Below the pieces are notes generated by a model. It did not search any database, had not been told where the DNA came from, and was given only the letters and a program-made list of their open reading frames with translations. Made by a program: the position numbers and the translations under genes. From assembly GCA_938010425.1 (NCBI GenBank), contig CALLUO010000014.1:34241-58240 (forward strand): a stretch of 24,000 bases of DNA. The letters run 5' to 3'. The stretch comes from an uncultured Elioraea sp. (GTDB taxonomy: Bacteria > Pseudomonadota > Alphaproteobacteria > Acetobacterales > Acetobacteraceae). Within the stretch, counting starts at the first letter, position 1, and each line of letters starts with the position of its first letter. This document shows, one piece after another, positions 1 through 8,849 of this stretch.

Positions 1-1285
1 AGGCCAGCCGGCAGGAATAGCCGGCGCCGCGCGCGTCCTGCGCCCGCGTCTCGCGCCAGAAGGCGAGCACGCGGCCATTCGGCGCAAAGGTCGGTCCCTC
101 CATCTGCCAGCCTTCAGAGAGGATTCTCTCGCCCGACCCGTCCGGGCGCATCACACCGATAGCGAAGGTGCCACGCGTGAGCCGGGTGAAGGCGATGAGG
201 TCGCCGCGCGGCGACCACACCGGGGTCGCGTAGCGGCCCTGGCCGAAGCTGATCCGGCGCAGATTGCCGCCGTCGGCATCCATCACGTAGAGCTGCTGAT
301 CGCCACCGCGATCTGAGTTGAACACGATCTTCTGCCCGTCCGGCGAGAAGGACGGCGAGACGTCGAGCGAGGGGCCAAAGGTGAGCTGACGTTCCCGCCG
401 CGTACGCAGATCAACGACGTAGATGTTGGCATCCCCGCCGCGGATGGCGGACAGGATCACGCTGTTGCCGTCGGGGCTGAAACGGGGCGAGAGGGTCATG
501 CCCGGGAAGTTGCCGAGCAGTGTTTCGCGCCGCGTATCCACGTCCATCAGGAACACGCGCGGTTCGTTCCGCGCATAGGACATGTAGGCGATCTCGCGGG
601 TGTTGGGGTGAAAGCGGGGGGTGAGCGCTGCCCAGGTGCCATCAGTAAGAAAGCGGTGGTTCTCGCCGTCCTGGTCCATAATGGCGAGGCGGCGGATGCG
701 GCGATCGCGCGGCCCTGACTCCGAGACGTAAACGATGCGGGTGTCGAAGTAGCCCTTCTCGCCCAGCAGCCGCTCATAGATGGCATCCGAGCAAATATGC
801 GCGATGCGCCGCCAATTCGCCATTTGCGTCGTATACGCCGTGCCTTGGATTTGTGTGCCGGGCAGCACGTCCCACAATCGGAACTCGACGCGAAGCCGCT
901 CCCCCTGCTGGTCGACGCGTCCCGTCACCAGTGCCTGCGCACCAATGACTCGCCACTCGGCGAAACGTGGCGTGCCGTCTGGAGTGTCCTGCAAAAAGGC
1001 ACGGCGGTCGATCGGGCGGAAGAGGCCAGAGCGCGCGAGGTTGGCGGTGATCACCTGGGCGATCTGAGCGCCCCAGGGCTGCGCGCCGGCGAAATCAGGA
1101 ATCGCGATCGGCAGCGGGTCGGTGCGCGCGCGGGTGATGTCGATCACCGGCCGCTCAGCCTGCGCCCGGGCATCGAGTGTCAGCATGGTCGTCGCCACCG
1201 GCACGGCGGCGAGCAGAACGCGCCGCGAAAGGCTCAGCCTTTCAAGGGCTTCGAACGCGGTGGGAGAGAGAATTTGCTTTGTCAT
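1..1285 (-). CDS. tolB: Tol-Pal periplasmic beta-propeller protein TolB (3' end runs off the left window edge)
   Basis: Absent from the ORF track because it has no stop inside the window. My reverse-strand translation from the ATG at 1285-1283 reads MTKQILSPTAFEALERLSLSRRVLLAAVPVATTMLTLDARAQAERPVIDITRARTDPLPIAIPDF.... It continues without a stop to position 1 through TolB-type propeller repeats (FSPDGNSVILS, FSPDGQKIVFNSDRGGDQQLYVMD, WSPRGDLIAF). It lies directly downstream of tolQ-tolR-tolA. Confidence 0.9.
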   Translation of the reverse strand, partial: MTKQILSPTAFEALERLSLSRRVLLAAVPVATTMLTLDARAQAERPVIDITRARTDPLPIAIPDFAGAQPWGAQIAQVITANLARSGLFRPIDRRAFLQDTPDGTPRFAEWRVIGAQALVTGRVDQQGERLRVEFRLWDVLPGTQIQGTAYTTQMANWRRIAHICSDAIYERLLGEKGYFDTRIVYVSESGPRDRRIRRLAIMDQDGENHRFLTDGTWAALTPRFHPNTREIAYMSYARNEPRVFLMDVDTRRETLLGNFPGMTLSPRFSPDGNSVILSAIRGGDANIYVVDLRTRRERQLTFGPSLDVSPSFSPDGQKIVFNSDRGGDQQLYVMDADGGNLRRISFGQGRYATPVWSPRGDLIAFTRLTRGTFAIGVMRPDGSGERILSEGWQMEGPTFAPNGRVLAFWRETRAQDARGAGYSCRLA

Positions 1286-1380
1286 CGTAACGGCCATCGT
1301 CTGAGCTCGCGCGCTTCCTAGCGCAACGGGCACGCTGGGTCGATGCCACGTATGATGGAACCGACGTGAGGGCGAGCAGA

Positions 1381-2304
1381 TCAGCGGATCAACCCGCGTG
1401 GGTTGAAGCGGAAGATCGCGCTCTCGAGCGTGGCGATCTTCTCCGGCGGCACGGGCAGAGGCTCGCAGCGCGGGTTGCGCAACGCCCTTTGCGCGCTCTC
1501 GAACAGCGCGCGCACGCGGGGGTCGGCAAGATTGGTGCCCGGGGCAGGTTGCACCGCAATCACCGCCACCCCCTGGCCCGAAGGGCGGAACCGTGCCGTG
1601 ACCTCAACCACGATTTGATCGAGCCCGAGCATGCCGGGATCGACCGACCAGCACTCTGAGATCCGGTTCGATAGGCCTTCAATCTCGCCGCGGCTAAGGC
1701 CCGGAGTGGGCGCGGTTCCCCCCGGCGCACCGGCTGCGGGAGCCCCGCCGCCTGTAGGCCGCTGCGGTTGGGCTTGGCGCTGGGCCTGCTGCTGGCGAAG
1801 CCGCTCGAGCGTGTTCTGCAAGGCGGTCGAGCCATCCTGCGGGCGCTGCACCGGCGGCGTCTGCACCGGTGGCGGTGGGGCGGGGGGCCGTGGCGGCGTG
1901 GGCGGGGGCGGTGGTGCAGGCGGCGTGGGTGGGCGGGCCGGGGCAGGCTCCGGCGCGGGCGCGGGCGGAGGGGGCGGCGGCGGGGGCGGAGGGAGGGTCG
2001 GCGCCGGCTCAGGCGGGGTCGCCTGCGGCGGCGGTGGGGGGGGTGGCGGAGGCGGCGGAGGAGGCGGAGGTGCCTCCGCGGGCGGCGCAAGCTCAGGGAT
2101 CTGGCTCGGCGCAGGCGAGGGCTCAGGCTCGGCAGGAGCAGCCGGTGTCTCTGCCGGCGAGGCCGGTCCGAGCGCGATCATCAGCTCGACCGGGATCCCC
2201 TCCTCGCGCGGCTCCTCGAAGCGTTTCGTCGGCGACACGCCGAGGAGGAGCGCAAACAAAAGCAAGCCATGCAGGCCTGCCGAAAGGAGAAGGGACCGAC
2301 GCAC
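1381..2304 (-). CDS. tolA: Tol-Pal protein TolA: N-terminal membrane anchor, very long Pro-rich spacer, C-terminal TolA/TonB-like domain
   Basis: 307-aa ORF starting MRRSLLLSAGLHGLLLFALLLGV (a single TM helix). A Pro/Ala-rich linker is followed by a folded C-terminal part (ISECWSVDPG...VVEVTARFRPSGQ...). Its position between tolR and tolB is the canonical order. Confidence 0.8.
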   Translation of the reverse strand: MRRSLLLSAGLHGLLLFALLLGVSPTKRFEEPREEGIPVELMIALGPASPAETPAAPAEPEPSPAPSQIPELAPPAEAPPPPPPPPPPPPPPPQATPPEPAPTLPPPPPPPPPPAPAPEPAPARPPTPPAPPPPPTPPRPPAPPPPVQTPPVQRPQDGSTALQNTLERLRQQQAQRQAQPQRPTGGGAPAAGAPGGTAPTPGLSRGEIEGLSNRISECWSVDPGMLGLDQIVVEVTARFRPSGQGVAVIAVQPAPGTNLADPRVRALFESAQRALRNPRCEPLPVPPEKIATLESAIFRFNPRGLIR

Positions 2305-2322
2305 CGCCGCCCACGCGCGTCC

Positions 2323-2793
2323 TCAGCGCGGTCCCGTGCGCGCAGGCTGCTGGCCGACCGGCTGTTCGGCAAGCAGAGCGACCCGGCCAAATCCGGCCTG
2401 CGCAATCAGCCCCATCACCTCCATCACCCGCCCATAAGCAAGGGCGCGATCTGCGCGCACGAAGATCCGCGCTTCGTTGCCACCCCTCGCCTCGGCGATC
2501 GCGGAAAGCCGCGGCACGAGATCGCCGATCGCCACCTCCGTCTCTTGGATGAACACCTGCCCCTCAGCGGTGATGGAGATCGAAATCGGCTCATCGGGTG
2601 ACGAGACAGGGTTGGCCGCGGTGCGCGGCAGATCAACGTTCACCCCGACCGTAAGAAGCGGGGCCGAGACCATGAAGATGATGAGGAGGACGAGCATCAC
2701 GTCGATCAGCGGGATCATGTTGATCTCCGCCATCGGCCGATACCGCCGCTTGCCTTTCACCCCCCGCGGGGGGTCGAGGATCGCGCCCGCCAT
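2323..2793 (-). CDS. tolR: Tol-Pal inner-membrane protein TolR (ExbD/TolR family)
   Basis: ExbD/TolR signature MAEINMIPLIDVMLVLLIIFMV. The track start at 2796 is TTG; the next codon (2793-2791) is ATG and overlaps the tolQ TGA (minus strand reads TGATG). Either start is possible. Confidence 0.9.
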   Translation of the reverse strand: MAGAILDPPRGVKGKRRYRPMAEINMIPLIDVMLVLLIIFMVSAPLLTVGVNVDLPRTAANPVSSPDEPISISITAEGQVFIQETEVAIGDLVPRLSAIAEARGGNEARIFVRADRALAYGRVMEVMGLIAQAGFGRVALLAEQPVGQQPARTGPR

Positions 2794-3527
2794 CAAACCC
2801 GCCTCTCCTCCATCTGCCGCGACAGGATGGCGCTGAACTCGGCAGCGAAGGCTTCAAGCCGGGCGGCATAGCGGGCCAGATCAGTGCTGATCTTGTTGTA
2901 GGCGAGCACGGCCGGGATAGCGGCGGCAAGTCCGATCGCGGTGGCGAACAGCGCTTCCGCAATGCCCGGTGCCACCACCGCGAGGTTGGTGTTGCGCATC
3001 TGCGCAATCGCGGCGAACGAGTTCATGATGCCCCACACCGTGCCAAAGAGGCCGATGAAGGGTGCGGCCGACCCAACCGAGGCGAGGAAGACCATCCAGC
3101 GTTCGAGCCGCTCCATCTCGCGCTGGATGGTGATGCCCATGGCACGCTCGATCCGCTCCTTCAACGAGGCCCGCACGGCCTCCGAGGCGTGCAGAAGCCT
3201 GCCCGTACTCTTTTGCCACTCGCGCATGGCGGCGGCGAACACCGCCTCCATGGGATGCTTGGGCTCGTCGCGCACGCGCTCGAAAAGGTCGCCCAAGTCG
3301 CGGCCCGACCAGAAATCGTCCTCGAACCCATCTGCGCGCGCATTCAGGCGACGGAGGGTAGCAACCTTTTCGAAGATCACGGCCCAGACGACGACGGAGG
3401 CGAGGAGAAGGCCCACCATCACCGCTTTCACCACGATGTCGGCCTGCAGGAACAGGCCCCACAGCGACAGGTCGTGCGCCCCCGCTGCCAGCCCTGACGC
3501 GTCGACTGTCCGGTCCATTCCCCTCAC
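2793..3527 (-). CDS. tolQ: Tol-Pal proton channel protein TolQ (MotA/TolQ/ExbB family)
   Basis: 244-aa ORF with three hydrophobic segments and the conserved C-terminal region LASVGSAAPFIGLFGTVWGIMNSF...VAPGIAEALFATAIGLAAAIPAVLAYN. The GTG start at 3527 overlaps the ybgC stop (GTGA). An alternative ATG lies at 3518. Confidence 0.9.
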   Translation of the reverse strand: MRGMDRTVDASGLAAGAHDLSLWGLFLQADIVVKAVMVGLLLASVVVWAVIFEKVATLRRLNARADGFEDDFWSGRDLGDLFERVRDEPKHPMEAVFAAAMREWQKSTGRLLHASEAVRASLKERIERAMGITIQREMERLERWMVFLASVGSAAPFIGLFGTVWGIMNSFAAIAQMRNTNLAVVAPGIAEALFATAIGLAAAIPAVLAYNKISTDLARYAARLEAFAAEFSAILSRQMEERRV

Positions 3528-3943
3528 ACCCTAGTTTGCGCGCGAATCAGCCCGCGCAACCCCTCCGGCATCGCTTCCGGCCTGCCGGTGGCAAGACTCA
3601 CGCAGGCAAGCACCACCTCGAGCGCAGCAACTGTCGCGTCCTCGCGCTGCACCGTTTGCGCCAAGGTCACAGACGCGTGGCCAAGGCCTGTCAGCCGCGT
3701 TTCGACGGTCAGCGACTCGTCAAGACGCGCTGGGCGGAGATAGTCGATCGCGAGCCGCTTGACGACAAAGATCAGCCCCTCGCGCGCCATCAACTGCGAG
3801 TGGGTAAAGCCGACATCGCGCATCCATTCCGTGCGCGCGCGCTCGGCGAAACGCAGGTATGAGGCGTGATAGACGACGCCGCCCGCATCCGTATCCTCGA
3901 AATAGACGCGCAGGCGAAAGCGATGGGGCTCGGGCTCAGGCAT
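3524..3943 (-). CDS. ybgC: Tol-Pal-associated acyl-CoA thioesterase YbgC (4HBT / hotdog fold)
   Basis: From the ATG at 3943 the protein reads [38 protein letters not shown].... YFEDTDxxGVVYH is the 4HBT catalytic-Asp motif. The track ORF (to 4057) is an Arg/Gly-rich 5' over-extension that overlaps ruvB. Confidence 0.85.
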   Translation of the reverse strand: MPEPEPHRFRLRVYFEDTDAGGVVYHASYLRFAERARTEWMRDVGFTHSQLMAREGLIFVVKRLAIDYLRPARLDESLTVETRLTGLGHASVTLAQTVQREDATVAALEVVLACVSLATGRPEAMPEGLRGLIRAQTRV

Positions 3944-4991
3944 CGGGGTCGTCGCGAAGTGCCAGTAAATCCGGTTGCGCCCCTCGCGGCGGAGTGAGCC
4001 CGAGATGCCGCCACCCCGCCTCGCCCAGCACGCGCCCGCGTGGCGTGCGCAAAACAAAACCTTCCTGGATTAGGTAGGGCTCGATCACGTCCTCGATGGC
4101 GTCGCGCGACTCAGCAAGCGCGGCGGCAATCGTCTCCACCCCCACCGGCCCACCGCCGTGACGATCCGCGATCAGCGCAAGGTAGCGCCGATCCATCGCA
4201 TCCAGCCCCTGCCGATCGACCTCAAGCCGGGTGAGGGCAGCATCGGCAGCGGCGCGATCGACCACTGCAACCCCTTCGACGGCGGCGAAGTCGCGCACCC
4301 GCCGCAACAGGCGGCCCGCGATGCGCGGCGTGCCGCGCGATCGGCGCGCGATCTCCTCCGCCCCATCGGGGGCAAGATCGAGGTCGAGCAACGCCGCTGC
4401 CCGGCGCACGATGGCGACGAGTTCCTCCGGCGCATAAAAGGTGAGACGCAACGGAATGCCAAAACGATCGCGCAACGGGGTGGCGATGAGCCCCAATCGC
4501 GTGGTGGCGCCGATCAGGGTAAAAGGCGGGAGGTCGATGCGCACCGTGCGCGCAGCCGGGCCCTCGCCGATGATGAGATCGAGCCGGAAATCTTCCATCG
4601 CCGGGTAAAGAATCTCCTCAACCGCCGGCTGCAGGCGGTGGATTTCGTCGATGAACAGCACGTCGCGCGGAGCGAGGTTGGTCAGGATGGCGGCGAGGTC
4701 GCCCGCGCGCTGGATCACCGGGCCCGAGGTGGCGCGGAAACCCACGCCGAGTTCGCGCGCGACGATCTGAGCGAGAGTCGTTTTGCCCAAGCCCGGAGGC
4801 CCGTGCAGCAAGACGTGATCGAGCGCCTCGCCGCGGGCGCGCGCGGCCTCGACGAAGATGGCGAGATTGGCCTTGGCCTGGGCTTGGCCGATAAACTCGG
4901 CAAACCGGGTCGGACGAAGGGCGGCTTCGCCGAGATCGTCCCCGCGCGCGCCGGGGTCGGCCAGCCGGTCGGGGCGGTCAGGGACTGTCAT
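3936..4991 (-). CDS. ruvB: Holliday junction branch migration ATPase RuvB
   Basis: Walker A ([14 protein letters not shown]), Walker B ([10 protein letters not shown]) and the full-length RuvB pattern. Its ATG overlaps the ruvA stop (ATGA at 4988-4991). Confidence 0.97.
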   Translation of the reverse strand: MTVPDRPDRLADPGARGDDLGEAALRPTRFAEFIGQAQAKANLAIFVEAARARGEALDHVLLHGPPGLGKTTLAQIVARELGVGFRATSGPVIQRAGDLAAILTNLAPRDVLFIDEIHRLQPAVEEILYPAMEDFRLDLIIGEGPAARTVRIDLPPFTLIGATTRLGLIATPLRDRFGIPLRLTFYAPEELVAIVRRAAALLDLDLAPDGAEEIARRSRGTPRIAGRLLRRVRDFAAVEGVAVVDRAAADAALTRLEVDRQGLDAMDRRYLALIADRHGGGPVGVETIAAALAESRDAIEDVIEPYLIQEGFVLRTPRGRVLGEAGWRHLGLTPPRGAQPDLLALRDDPDA

Positions 4992-5611
4992 CGCGGTGCC
5001 AGCGCCTTCAGAGCGTCACGGATCAGAACCTCAACCGTAGCGCCGGTGCCAAGCCGAGCGCGGGCCGCGGCCAGGGCCAATTCCGCTTCGCTGCGGCGGT
5101 AGCCGAGATGGGCAAGCGCCGAGAGCGCGTCGGCAAGGGCAGGATCGGCCGGCAGGGAGGGCGCGGGTGTGGCGGCCGCAGGCGTGAGGGTGCCAACTGC
5201 AGCGTCCAGGAACCCTGGCTTGCCGGCAAGTTCCGTCACCAGCCGCGCGGCAAGCCGTGGCCCAACCCCGGCGGCGCGGGTCAACGCCTTCGCGTCTTTC
5301 GCCGCCACCGCACGCGCGATCTCCGCGGGAGAGAAGGCGGAAAGGAGGGCGAGCGCCAGTTTCGCCCCCACCCCCTGCACGCCGAGGAGCGTGCGGAACG
5401 CAGCCCGCTCCCCGACGTCGTGAAAGCCAAACAGCGTGATCGCATCCTCCCGCACCAAAGTCTCGATAGCGAGGGTGACGGGACCGCCGAGCGGAGGAAG
5501 TGCGGCGCGGGTGCGAGCCGACACGGCAACCTCGTAGCCGACGCCACTCACATCGATCAGCACCGTCTCGGCCTCGGCCAAGACGAGTGTGCCGGAGAGC
5601 CTGCCGATCAT
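4988..5611 (-). CDS. ruvA: Holliday junction DNA helicase subunit RuvA
   Basis: [28 protein letters not shown]... (OB domain), helix-hairpin-helix repeats ([31 protein letters not shown]) and a C-terminal domain III. ATGA overlap with the ruvC stop at 5608-5611. Confidence 0.95.
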   Translation of the reverse strand: MIGRLSGTLVLAEAETVLIDVSGVGYEVAVSARTRAALPPLGGPVTLAIETLVREDAITLFGFHDVGERAAFRTLLGVQGVGAKLALALLSAFSPAEIARAVAAKDAKALTRAAGVGPRLAARLVTELAGKPGFLDAAVGTLTPAAATPAPSLPADPALADALSALAHLGYRRSEAELALAAARARLGTGATVEVLIRDALKALAPR

Positions 5612-6123
5612 GCGCGGGCGAACCGAGCAAGTGTGGCCAGGGTGTGGGCGTGGCAGATGGCGACGGCGAGCGCATCCGCCGCGTCAGGCCGACCCGGCGC
5701 GGCGCCGGGCAACAGATGTCGCACCATCGCCTGCACCTGCTCCTTTGCCGCATGGCCCTGGCCCGTCACCGCGCGCTTCACCGCCGTCGCCTGATATTCC
5801 GTCACCGGAATGCCGGCGAGGGCCGGCGCGAGCAGAACCACGCCGCGCGCCTGGCCCAGTTTGAGCGTAGAGCGCGGGTTGCGGTTGACGAAGGTCTCCT
5901 CCACCGCGGCGGCGTCGGGCCGGTAGCGATCGATAATGCCAGCGAGTGCGGCGTGCAGCGCGGCCAGCCTGGGAGCGAGGTCGAGGGACGAATCGGTGTC
6001 CACCACCCCATCAGCGACATGGCGCAACGAGGAGCCCCAAGCGTCGATCACTCCCCATCCCGTCGTGCCGAGCCCCGGATCAAGGCCGAGCACGCGGTAG
6101 GGTCGAGGCCCTGCGTCAGGCAC
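5608..6123 (-). CDS. ruvC: Crossover junction endodeoxyribonuclease RuvC (start uncertain)
   Basis: RuvC motif [17 protein letters not shown]. The track ORF begins at 6156, 41 nt inside yebC. In-frame GTG codons lie at 6123 (8-nt overlap with yebC) and at 6093 (giving M-LGLDPG). I list 6123; the stop is secure. Confidence 0.88.
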   Translation of the reverse strand: MPDAGPRPYRVLGLDPGLGTTGWGVIDAWGSSLRHVADGVVDTDSSLDLAPRLAALHAALAGIIDRYRPDAAAVEETFVNRNPRSTLKLGQARGVVLLAPALAGIPVTEYQATAVKRAVTGQGHAAKEQVQAMVRHLLPGAAPGRPDAADALAVAICHAHTLATLARFARA

Positions 6124-6865
6124 CGAGCCTGGCCAGCACGTCGTCGGAGACCTCAAAGTTGGCGAACACCGCCTGCACGTCGTCGAGGTCCTCCAGCGCG
6201 TCGATTAGCTTCAACACCGCCTGGGCCTGCTCTTCGTCGATCGGCGCGGTGGTCTTCGGGCGCCAGTCGAGCTTCGCCTCCTCAGGGTCGCCGAAGCGGG
6301 CGGCGAGCGTGTCGCGCACAACGAACAGATCCTCCGGCGCACAGAACACCTCATGCCCTCCCTCCCCGCTCTGCACGTCCTCTGCACCAGCCTCGATCGC
6401 TGCCTCCAGCATCGCCTCTGCCGAAGCCGCGGCGGCCGGGTAGCGGATCACGCCCAGACGATCGAACAGGAAGGCCACGGAATTCGTTTCGCCCAGCGCG
6501 CCGCCGTGCTTGGAGAACAGCGAGCGGATATCGGAGGCAGTGCGGTTGAGGTTGTCGGTCAACGCCTCAACGATGATTGCGACACCGCCGGGCCCGTAGC
6601 CCTCATAGCGGCGGGAAACATAGTCCTCCGCCCCACCCTCGCCGGAGGCCTTTTTGATCGCGCGCTCCACCGTGTCCTTAGGCATGTTGGCCTGGCGGGC
6701 GGCGACGACGGCGGCGCGCAGCCGCGGGTTGGCGGCGGGGTCGGGCAGGCCTTGGCGAGCCGCGACCGTGATCTCACGGATGAGCTTAGCGAACAGACGG
6801 GCGCGCTTGGCGTCCTGCGCGCCCTTGCGGTGCATGATGTTCTTGAACTGCGAATGGCCTGCCAT
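6116..6865 (-). CDS. yebC: YebC/PmpR (TACO1) family DNA-binding transcriptional regulator
   Basis: [37 protein letters not shown]... is the near-invariant YebC N-terminus. 249 aa, and the conserved position upstream of ruvCAB. Confidence 0.95.
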   Translation of the reverse strand: MAGHSQFKNIMHRKGAQDAKRARLFAKLIREITVAARQGLPDPAANPRLRAAVVAARQANMPKDTVERAIKKASGEGGAEDYVSRRYEGYGPGGVAIIVEALTDNLNRTASDIRSLFSKHGGALGETNSVAFLFDRLGVIRYPAAAASAEAMLEAAIEAGAEDVQSGEGGHEVFCAPEDLFVVRDTLAARFGDPEEAKLDWRPKTTAPIDEEQAQAVLKLIDALEDLDDVQAVFANFEVSDDVLARLGA

Positions 6866-6952
6866 GGCCGCGACTCATCTGGGCTCGAAGCGCGAAGACC
6901 ACGGGGGTTTAGCAGCGAAGGCGAAGAGGGGAAAAGGGACTGGGGTGCCCCA

Positions 6953-7777
6953 TCAACCGCCCTGCCACACGGCCGGCACGCTTGGCGCCAGAACCCCGCC
7001 AATACGCACAGGAGCGAGCCAGCGCGCAAGCCCTGTCGCGTCGTCGGTCTCGACAAACACGCCGCACACCGTAGCTTCCCCCTCGGCCGGCGCAAGGCGC
7101 TCAGCCGGCAGGCGGCGGACGAAGCGGGACGCCGAAGCGTCCTTCTGCATGCCGATCACGCTGTCATAATCACCGCACATGCCTGCATCTGACTGGAACG
7201 CCGTCCCGCCGGGAAGGATTCGCCAATCCGCTGTCGGCACATGGGTGTGCGTGCCAACGACGAGGGAAACGCGTCCGTCGAAGCGGTGGGCGAAGGCGGC
7301 TTTTTCACTCGTTGCCTCCGCATGCAGATCGATGACGATCGCCTGCACAGTGCGCCCAAGCCCGTGGCTCTCCAAAAGCGCCTCGATGGTGCGGAACGGG
7401 CAGTCGAGCGGCTCCATAAACAGCCGCCCCATGGCGTTGACGACGAGCACACGCTGCTGCCCGACCCCGAACACTCCCGCCCCTCGCCCGGGCGTGCCCG
7501 GCGGATAGTTCAGGGGGCGAAGGACGCGTGGTTCGCCCTCGATATAGGGAATGACCTCGCGCCTGTCCCAGGCATGGTTGCCCAAGGTGAGCACATCCGC
7601 TCCGGCAGCGAACAAGGCCCGCGCGATCTCCGGCGTCAGCCCGAACCCGTGCGCCGCGTTCTCCGCGTTGATGACGACGAGATCAGGGGCAAGGCGCGCG
7701 CGGAGGTCAGGCAGGTGGCGTGCGACCGCATCGCGCCCGGACCGGCCAACCACGTCGCCGAGAAAGAGGATCCTCAC
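6953..7777 (-). CDS. YmdB-type metallophosphoesterase (TIGR00282-like; 2',3'-cyclic-nucleotide phosphodiesterase family)
   Basis: From the GTG at 7777: VRILFLGDVVGRSGRDAV...VVINAENAAHGFG...LTLGNHAWD...IDLHAEATSEK...GTHTHVPTAD. These are the calcineurin-like metal-binding motifs in YmdB order. The track ORF (to 7906) adds 43 non-conserved residues. Confidence 0.85.
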   Translation of the reverse strand: MRILFLGDVVGRSGRDAVARHLPDLRARLAPDLVVINAENAAHGFGLTPEIARALFAAGADVLTLGNHAWDRREVIPYIEGEPRVLRPLNYPPGTPGRGAGVFGVGQQRVLVVNAMGRLFMEPLDCPFRTIEALLESHGLGRTVQAIVIDLHAEATSEKAAFAHRFDGRVSLVVGTHTHVPTADWRILPGGTAFQSDAGMCGDYDSVIGMQKDASASRFVRRLPAERLAPAEGEATVCGVFVETDDATGLARWLAPVRIGGVLAPSVPAVWQGG

Positions 7778-7826
7778 CCGAACCGTTCCCTGATCCGCAC
7801 CCCAGAGGCAAAATGCAATCCAGCGC

Positions 7827-7934
7827 TCACAGTGCGCTCTCGGCCTTGGCGTCTCGCGCACGACGACGAGACGGAAAGCGCTGTTTCCAGTTCGCGCGCA
7901 GCCCATTGAAGGCCTCCACGAGATCCTCGGCCAT
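7827..7934 (-). CDS. Possible mini-ORF, 35 aa (MAEDLVEAFNGLRANWKQRFPSRRRARDAKAESAL); an in-frame GTG at 7952 or TTG at 7958 would lengthen it
   Basis: Below the track's length cut-off. Third codon positions are mostly G/C, as in real genes here. It is in the same frame as the upstream mini-ORF and separated from it only by TGA plus 16 sense codons. I recognise no family. Confidence 0.3.
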   Translation of the reverse strand: MAEDLVEAFNGLRANWKQRFPSRRRARDAKAESAL

Positions 7935-7982
7935 GTAGCCGGAGCGTTCCACGGGCAAGGGGGCGCGCGAAAACTCTTCCCA

Positions 7983-8135
7983 TCAGTCGCTAAAATCCTC
8001 GTCGAGTCGCCACCGCGCGATCGCCTGGGCGGCGAGTTCGGCGTCGGTGTCGCGCCGCCAGAGGGCGCGGATCGTCTCCTCGTCTCGGTCGCCCTCGCCG
8101 AAGACGAAGGCCTTGGTGTTCGTCTTCAACATCAT
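7983..8135 (-). CDS. Possible small protein, 50 aa (MMLKTNTKAFVFGEGDRDEETIRALWRRDTDAELAAQAIARWRLDEDFSD)
   Basis: Below the track's length cut-off. By my count 45 of 50 codons end in G/C, matching bona fide genes in this window. The track ORF in another frame (7990..8226) is Arg-rich nonsense. The SD is weak (GAGACGAC before the ATG). I recognise no family. Confidence 0.4.
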   Translation of the reverse strand: MMLKTNTKAFVFGEGDRDEETIRALWRRDTDAELAAQAIARWRLDEDFSD

Positions 8136-8222
8136 GTCGTCTCGGATGGCAGTCCGGCGTTTGCGCCATGCTATGAGAGAGCCCGTCCCGATCAGGCCGC
8201 AGCCGCCTGCTGCCGCTCTCGA

Positions 8223-8849
8223 TCACGGTACGATCACGCCAGTTTCCGTGGCAATCCCATCGAGCCGCTGGTCCTGTTCGTCGGACGGCACCGTCTCGAC
8301 CTCCTGGGCGGCGAAGGCTATGCCGAGGGCAAAGACGCGACGCCGTGCCCGCAGGGTAGAGAGCGTGGCGTCATAGTAACCCGCCCCGTGGCCAAGCCGC
8401 TGCCCCGTCCGGTCGAAGGCGAGCAACGGAACGAGGAGCCAATCGGGAGTCACGTCGGGCGCCTCCCGGGCCGGTTGCAGGGTGTAAAAAGGGCCAGGAC
8501 CAAGGGTGTCGCCGAAGCGGAACAGGCGGAAGGAGAGCGGCGTGCCGCGCGGGCCAGTGACCGGAAGCGCGAGCGCGTGGCCGCGCCCTGCGAGCGCCAG
8601 CATCAGGGGGCGTGGATCGATCTCGCCCGGCAGCGGCCAAAACCCGGCGACGAGCGCGCCGGGCGGCGGACGAAGACACTCGAGCACGTGTCCCGCGAGG
8701 AGAAGCCCTGCCCGCGGATCAAGACCCGCCCGACGCGCGCGCAGCAGGCAACGCAGAGCGCGTTTGGCAGCGCGGATCCTGGCACCGTCGGCCGTGCGGC
8801 GCGGAGCCGCCCTGGCCGTTGGCGTTGCATCCTCCCAAGGCCCGCTCAT
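8223..8849 (-). CDS. 5-formyltetrahydrofolate cyclo-ligase (MTHFS, YgfA family)
   Basis: N-terminal IRAAKRALR... and the diagnostic C-terminal motif RLGHGAGYYD. It lies downstream of zapA as in many proteobacteria. The ATG at 8849 is the only canonical in-frame start, giving about 24 residues upstream of the conserved core. Confidence 0.85.
   Translation of the reverse strand: MSGPWEDATPTARAAPRRTADGARIRAAKRALRCLLRARRAGLDPRAGLLLAGHVLECLRPPPGALVAGFWPLPGEIDPRPLMLALAGRGHALALPVTGPRGTPLSFRLFRFGDTLGPGPFYTLQPAREAPDVTPDWLLVPLLAFDRTGQRLGHGAGYYDATLSTLRARRRVFALGIAFAAQEVETVPSDEQDQRLDGIATETGVIVP

Noticed and set aside
2026-2070. G-runs on the plus strand (ggtggggggggtggcggagg...) considered as a simple-sequence repeat or G-quadruplex element.
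   Set aside because: Fully explained as the antisense of 15 consecutive, synonymously varied proline codons in tolA. There is no independent evidence for a structural DNA element.
1560-2601. Long plus- and minus-strand ORFs over tolA (for example 1631..2437 at 268 aa Gly-rich, 1768..2601 at 277 aa Arg/Gly-rich, 1560..2090 Arg/Pro-rich).
   Set aside because: They are the complement or frame-shifted readings of the CCN proline codons of TolA (GGN gives Gly, CGN gives Arg). They have low-complexity composition and no start context. This is typical shadow-ORF behaviour in high-GC DNA.
5031-6549. Long alternative-frame ORFs over ruvA/ruvC/yebC (5031..5753 -, 5108..5794 +, 5500..6549 + at 349 aa).
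   Set aside because: They have Arg/Pro/Gly-rich low-complexity translations and overlap strongly conserved genes. They are shadow ORFs.
7983-7985. TGA between the two mini-ORFs considered as a selenocysteine codon.
   Set aside because: I see no stable SECIS-like stem-loop in the 40 nt following the TGA, and no Cys/Sec-type redox motif around it. It is kept only as a remote possibility under the mini-ORF finding.
7990-8376. Track ORFs 7990..8226 (-) and 8047..8376 (+) in the gap after the cyclo-ligase gene.
   Set aside because: The translations are Arg/Pro/Asp-rich nonsense. A different minus-strand frame (7983..8135) has much better codon bias and a plausible protein sequence.
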